Shown: one piece after another, positions 59,846 to 64,000 of the stretch
Position numbering within the stretch: the stretch's first letter is position 1
Layout: the number at the start of each line of letters is the position of its first letter
Assembly (NCBI GenBank): GCA_028279595.1
Contig: JANQNK010000006.1
Location: 1 to 64,000 of the forward strand
Length of the DNA stretch: 64,000 nt
Source of the DNA: Thermoplasmatota archaeon
GTDB taxonomy: Archaea > Thermoplasmatota > JAKEGO01
Reading direction: 5' to 3'
Notes under the pieces: model-generated
Told to the model about the DNA's origin: nothing
The model's database searches: none
Seen by the model: the letters and a program-made list of their open reading frames with translations, nothing else
Translations under genes and position numbers: made by a program

Positions 59846-60733
59846 ATGGACGACGAGACCATCGAGAAGTACAGGGAGGCAGGGCGCATCGCTGCAAAGG
59901 CGCGAGACCTCGGCAGGTCGCTCGTGGTCGAGGGTGCGGGGATGCTCGACGTCGTTGACAAGATCGAGAGGAGCATCACCGACAACGGCGGCGGCCTCGC
60001 CTTCCCAGTGAACCTCTCCATCGACAACGAGGCTGCCCACTTCACACCGCGGACCGCGGATACCGGGGCTGTCTTCAAGAGGGGACAACTAGTCAAGATA
60101 GACGTCGGCGCCCACGTCGACGGGTACATCGCGGACACGGCCACCACAGTGGAGATCGGGACCCACGAGTGGTCGCACCTGGTGAAGGCGTCGGAGGAGG
60201 CCCTCAAGGCCGCCATCGAGACCATCGGAGAGGCGCCCCTGGCGATCGTCGGAAGGACCATCCAGGACACGATCCACGGGTTCGGGTACGAACCGGTGGA
60301 GAACCTGACGGGCCATTCCCTCGACCACTACGAACTCCACGCCGGGATCAGCGTTCCGAACGTCGAGCGCGGCATCGCGGGGACCGTACCACCGGGTACA
60401 GCAGTCGCCATCGAGCCGTTCGCGTCCACAGGTACCGCAAAGGTGTCGGGTAAGGTCCTCGGGAACATCTACATATTCAAGAAGGAGGTCAACCTGAAGA
60501 ACCCGGATGCGACCCAGCTCCAGAGGTTCCTGATGGGAAGACCGGCGCTCCCGATAAGCGAACGCGCCTGCGCCCGAGTATCCAAGAACGTCCAGAAGTC
60601 GCTCGCCATCCTTATGCGCCGGCGGGGCGTCTACGGCTACCCCGTCCTTGCAGACGAGCCCGGTTCCATGGTGTCCCAGGCGGAGCACACGGTCCTCGTG
60701 CTGGACGGCCAGAAGATCATCACGACTAGATGA
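59846..60733 (+). CDS. map: Methionine aminopeptidase type II
   Basis: AFPVN, AAH, KIDVGAHVDGYIAD, NLTGH, AIEPF, SQAEHT. Confidence 0.95.
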   Translation: MDDETIEKYREAGRIAAKARDLGRSLVVEGAGMLDVVDKIERSITDNGGGLAFPVNLSIDNEAAHFTPRTADTGAVFKRGQLVKIDVGAHVDGYIADTATTVEIGTHEWSHLVKASEEALKAAIETIGEAPLAIVGRTIQDTIHGFGYEPVENLTGHSLDHYELHAGISVPNVERGIAGTVPPGTAVAIEPFASTGTAKVSGKVLGNIYIFKKEVNLKNPDATQLQRFLMGRPALPISERACARVSKNVQKSLAILMRRRGVYGYPVLADEPGSMVSQAEHTVLVLDGQKIITTR

Positions 60734-60779
60734 CACCGTCCGCAACCCCTATCTATTGGTCATTGCATTCCTCTACCGA

Positions 60780-61244
60780 GTGAAGCCCCATATCATCGAC
60801 AGCAAGTTCCTCGAGAACCCCAGGCCCTTCTTCGTTCAGTCGGCACTCGCGTCGTTGATCATATTCCTCACGCTGCTGATAATGGGCTTCATCAGCCCCG
60901 TGATCGTCGCTGCAATGGGCGCGACGACGTTCATTGTCTTCGCCATGCCAGAGGCCTCCACGGCGGGCGTCCGTTCGATACTCGGAGGCCACATGATCGG
61001 TCTTGCCAGCGGACTCGCGTTCGCATGGTCGCCCTATCCCGTCATCGGCGCCTCCCTGGCCGTCGGAGTGTCCATCCTCCTGATGGTCGTCATGGATGCA
61101 GAGCACCCGCCTGCCGCCGGAACGGCCCTCGGCGTCGCCCTTCTGGGATACAGCGCACCGTCCGTCGTCTTCATCATCGGGGCTGCCTCCCTGCTCGCCC
61201 TGATCCATCGGGGCCTTCGTCGTTGGATGGTCGATCTCGTGTGA
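60780..61244 (+). CDS. HPP-family membrane protein
   Basis: MGATTFIVF..P, GGH, EHPPAAGTAL. Start uncertain. Confidence 0.82.
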   Translation: MKPHIIDSKFLENPRPFFVQSALASLIIFLTLLIMGFISPVIVAAMGATTFIVFAMPEASTAGVRSILGGHMIGLASGLAFAWSPYPVIGASLAVGVSILLMVVMDAEHPPAAGTALGVALLGYSAPSVVFIIGAASLLALIHRGLRRWMVDLV

Positions 61245-61547
61245 GCGAATTGTGAATTCAACCTTTATTTGTTATTTATTTCAAGTTGTGCATTAATTTA
61301 CATTTCAGAAATCAATCAGGTCCATGTTTTTCAGTAACTAATATTCATTTCCAGATCTAAATGAAGGTGTTCCATAGGGAAATTGTCAGGTACTGGCTCC
61401 TGAATACTCCGATACTTTGGATAGGACTTTCATTTAGATCAGCAACGGAACAGGTGAGACTTAACTTAGAGTATTAATTTATTCAATTAGCAGAAATTCT
61501 TAAGTAGGAAGCAATTTATTTATTGGAGTTGAAATGGAGGCATAGCA

Positions 61548-62171
61548 ATGACGAAATCGAGATTGAGCTCGTCCGTTGACGATGTGATGAAGGAGATCGA
61601 ATCGCTGCAGAAGGAGATACAGAAGGTGGGCAAGAAGGCGTTCCAGGAGGGCGATTACGTCCGAACGAAGCTGCTTATCGAGACATCCGCGAGGATGGAT
61701 TCACTCAAGGAGAAGTTCAACGAGACCGGAAGCGACCTTTCCGACCTCTACGAGGAGGTCGCCGGTCATCTCAAGGCGATACCCGCTGGCAAGACCCGGA
61801 GGACCACCAAGAGGATCCCGCGGGGCAAGAAGACCCCCGAGGAGGACTACAAGATCCCGATCCTCAAGGCCCTGATGGACCTGGACGGTAAGGGCAAGAC
61901 GTCCGACGTACTCGACAAGGTGCACCATCGAATGAAGAACACGCTGAACGAGTTCGACAAACAGCCGGTGCCGTCCGTCCCGTCGCAGCAGAGGTGGAGA
62001 CACACCGCGCAGATCGTCAGGAACAAGATGGTCAAGGAGGGTCTCATCAAGAACGATTCTCCTCGAGGGGAATGGGAGATATCCGCTGCCGGCAAGAAGA
62101 TGGTGGCCCCTAAGAAGTCCACTTCGAAGAAATCCACTTCGAAGAAGACCGACACGAAGAAGAAGAAGTGA
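61548..62171 (+). CDS. Mrr N-terminal-like winged-helix protein with Lys-rich tail, no nuclease domain
   Basis: TPEEDY..PILKAL, RW......R..MV..GL....PRG.WEIS..G; GGAGG RBS. Confidence 0.75.
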   Translation: MTKSRLSSSVDDVMKEIESLQKEIQKVGKKAFQEGDYVRTKLLIETSARMDSLKEKFNETGSDLSDLYEEVAGHLKAIPAGKTRRTTKRIPRGKKTPEEDYKIPILKALMDLDGKGKTSDVLDKVHHRMKNTLNEFDKQPVPSVPSQQRWRHTAQIVRNKMVKEGLIKNDSPRGEWEISAAGKKMVAPKKSTSKKSTSKKTDTKKKK

Positions 62172-62174
62172 AGG

Positions 62175-62813
62175 TCAGCGCCGCCGCTTCCGAATCACTT
62201 TCCTCGCATATCTTATTCCGGACTGGGTCGCGTCCAGGCTGGAGACGACGGCGTTCCTCGCCTTCCTCTCCCCCTCCTCGGCCCTGTCCAGGGTCCTCAT
62301 GAGGTGTCTGCCACCCCAGGTCACGGTCTCACCTGGATACGAACGGTCCACATGCGTCCTGTCGAGGAGATACCATCCAACCATCATCGACGGTCCACTC
62401 ACAAGCGAGAACAGGATGATGGCGAAGCTCCCGATCAGCGACGAGAGGAAGAGGCCGATGAGGACCAGCGACATGAGCCGGACCGCTAGGAAGGCTCCAG
62501 TGAGAAGAACGACCCCCGAGACGAGCAGTCCTGCGATCAGACCAAGGGGTTTGCCGATCATCACGTGACGCCGGCTCAGTCCGTGCTCCCGAAGGACCCT
62601 CAGGTCGTGAAGCCATCGTGCCAGTTTGTATCCCTTCAACCTGGCCGAGATGATAATCCATACGGAAATGACCAGCGATATCGAAGGTATCACCCTCTGT
62701 GGCCCCTCCGTGTCCTCGAGGATCCTGAGGTCCTCTGTGATGCTGATGAACATCATAATGAGGCCTGCCATGACGAGCAGGGCGCCGCGGGCCTTCGGGG
62801 AACCCATCGACAT
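62175..62813 (-). CDS. Hypothetical membrane protein
   Basis: Four or five hydrophobic segments and a basic C-terminus. Confidence 0.55.
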   Translation of the reverse strand: MSMGSPKARGALLVMAGLIMMFISITEDLRILEDTEGPQRVIPSISLVISVWIIISARLKGYKLARWLHDLRVLREHGLSRRHVMIGKPLGLIAGLLVSGVVLLTGAFLAVRLMSLVLIGLFLSSLIGSFAIILFSLVSGPSMMVGWYLLDRTHVDRSYPGETVTWGGRHLMRTLDRAEEGERKARNAVVSSLDATQSGIRYARKVIRKRRR

Positions 62814-62873
62814 CCGAATCGATTCACGGTATTAGACGATACCCTTTTCTACCGGTAAGGGAACTTGGCGAGG

Positions 62874-64000
62874 ATGCCAAAACCCTTCCTGGGAAAACTA
62901 GACCTCAAGTGGTGTCTAACGTGCAACGTCCCACTCCTCCATGACGAATGCTCGACGTGCGGCGGTCAGGTGAAGGAAGTCACCTACAGTCCCCCAGGCG
63001 ACATAAGGCCAGCGTTCGAGCAGGACATGGTCATCATCCATCGGGCGATCGGTGAGTTCGATCCCGAGGTCGACATGCTCAAGGGCGTCGTTCTGCTCAA
63101 TGCGATCTCATCGAAGTACGAGCTCGAGGAGGTCATCTCCGGAGGCCAGGTACTGGGATTCCTCCGGGAGAGGCGCTCCTTCGCCCCAAGGGCCGACTTC
63201 GCCGCCGCGATCCGTCCGAGGACGAAGGTGGTCGTAGCTGATCCCGGCGCCCGTCCCTCGCTCATGAAGAGCTCCAATCTTATGACACCGGGCGTTCTGT
63301 CGATGTCAGAGGGCATCGAGGTGGGCGACGAGGTGGTCGTCAAAGTCGACGGCGAGACGATCGCGACCGGCAAGGCGAGGATATCTTCGAGCGATATCGG
63401 GACAGTCAAGAAGGGCGTGGCCGTCAAGGTCCGCCACCGGATAGAAGGTCACACGTTCCCGGACGTCGAAAGCACCCTGGACGATGCCGTAGCTGCGAAC
63501 GCCGAGGCCCTTGCGAGGATCGAACGGAAGGCGGTCAAGGGCGTCCAGCGAGCATGGGAGTCCACGGAGAAGGCGAAGATGGTATCGTTCTCCGGCGGCA
63601 AGGACAGCCTCGCGACGCTCCTGCTCGTCCTGGAGGCTGGCTACAGGCCCACGATGTTCTTCGTCGACACGGGCGTGGAACTGCCAGGCACTCTGGATTA
63701 CATCGCGAACACGGCTGCCAGCCATGGCCTCGATCTGATGGTCGCCGACGCCGGCGACGCCTTCCTCGAGGGTCTCGAGCACTTCGGCCCTCCCGCCAAG
63801 GACTACAGATGGTGTTGCAAGACGAACAAGCTCGGACCGACAGCGAGGGCGATCGGGGAGCGGTTCCCCGATGGCGTACTGGCATTCATCGGCCAGAGGA
63901 TGTACGAATCCCAGGCCCGTGCCAGACAGGGTTCCAGCTGGAACAATCCGTGGGTGCCCGGTCAGGCTGCCTTCTCTCCCATCCAGACGTGGACCGCTCT
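62874..64000 (+). CDS. PAPS-reductase-family protein with N-terminal Zn finger and PUA domain (3' partial)
   Basis: MPKPFLGK..KWC..CNVP...CSTCG, PPGDIRPAF, SFSGGKDS, FVDTG.E, RWCCK..KLGP. Frame is open to the window end and absent from the ORF track. Confidence 0.85.
   Translation, partial: MPKPFLGKLDLKWCLTCNVPLLHDECSTCGGQVKEVTYSPPGDIRPAFEQDMVIIHRAIGEFDPEVDMLKGVVLLNAISSKYELEEVISGGQVLGFLRERRSFAPRADFAAAIRPRTKVVVADPGARPSLMKSSNLMTPGVLSMSEGIEVGDEVVVKVDGETIATGKARISSSDIGTVKKGVAVKVRHRIEGHTFPDVESTLDDAVAANAEALARIERKAVKGVQRAWESTEKAKMVSFSGGKDSLATLLLVLEAGYRPTMFFVDTGVELPGTLDYIANTAASHGLDLMVADAGDAFLEGLEHFGPPAKDYRWCCKTNKLGPTARAIGERFPDGVLAFIGQRMYESQARARQGSSWNNPWVPGQAAFSPIQTWTA

Overview
High-GC archaeal chromosomal segment, most likely Thermoplasmatota. 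This is inferred from the gene set (RadA/RadB, PriL, Hjc, Lsm, TFS, aMBF1, archaeal AlaRS, a PGF-CTERM protein, an archaeal pilin, DUF835/KaiC-like proteins, an HMGS-thiolase-DUF35 operon). It holds about 60 densely packed CDSs, one tRNA-Lys(UUU) and one box C/D guide RNA. I saw no CRISPR array, rRNA or transposase. Most notable observations: (1) a translationally coupled operon of an HhH/coiled-coil protein, a 1839-aa 28-residue-periodic coiled coil and a ParA/Soj ATPase, with no ParB, preceded by a tract of about 11-bp-phased T-runs; this is a candidate new segregation or positioning system. (2) A bacterial-type DnaA AAA+ module lacking domain IV, fused to DUF835 and coupled to radB. (3) PriL with an extra OB-fold-like tail. 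(4) A cluster of two aconitase pairs, a HICDH-like dehydrogenase and CitDEF whose CitD lacks the prosthetic-group Ser. (5) A mevalonate-operon thiolase that has lost all three catalytic residues. (6) Several unannotated structured intergenic elements. All family calls come from motif recognition by eye, with no database searches.
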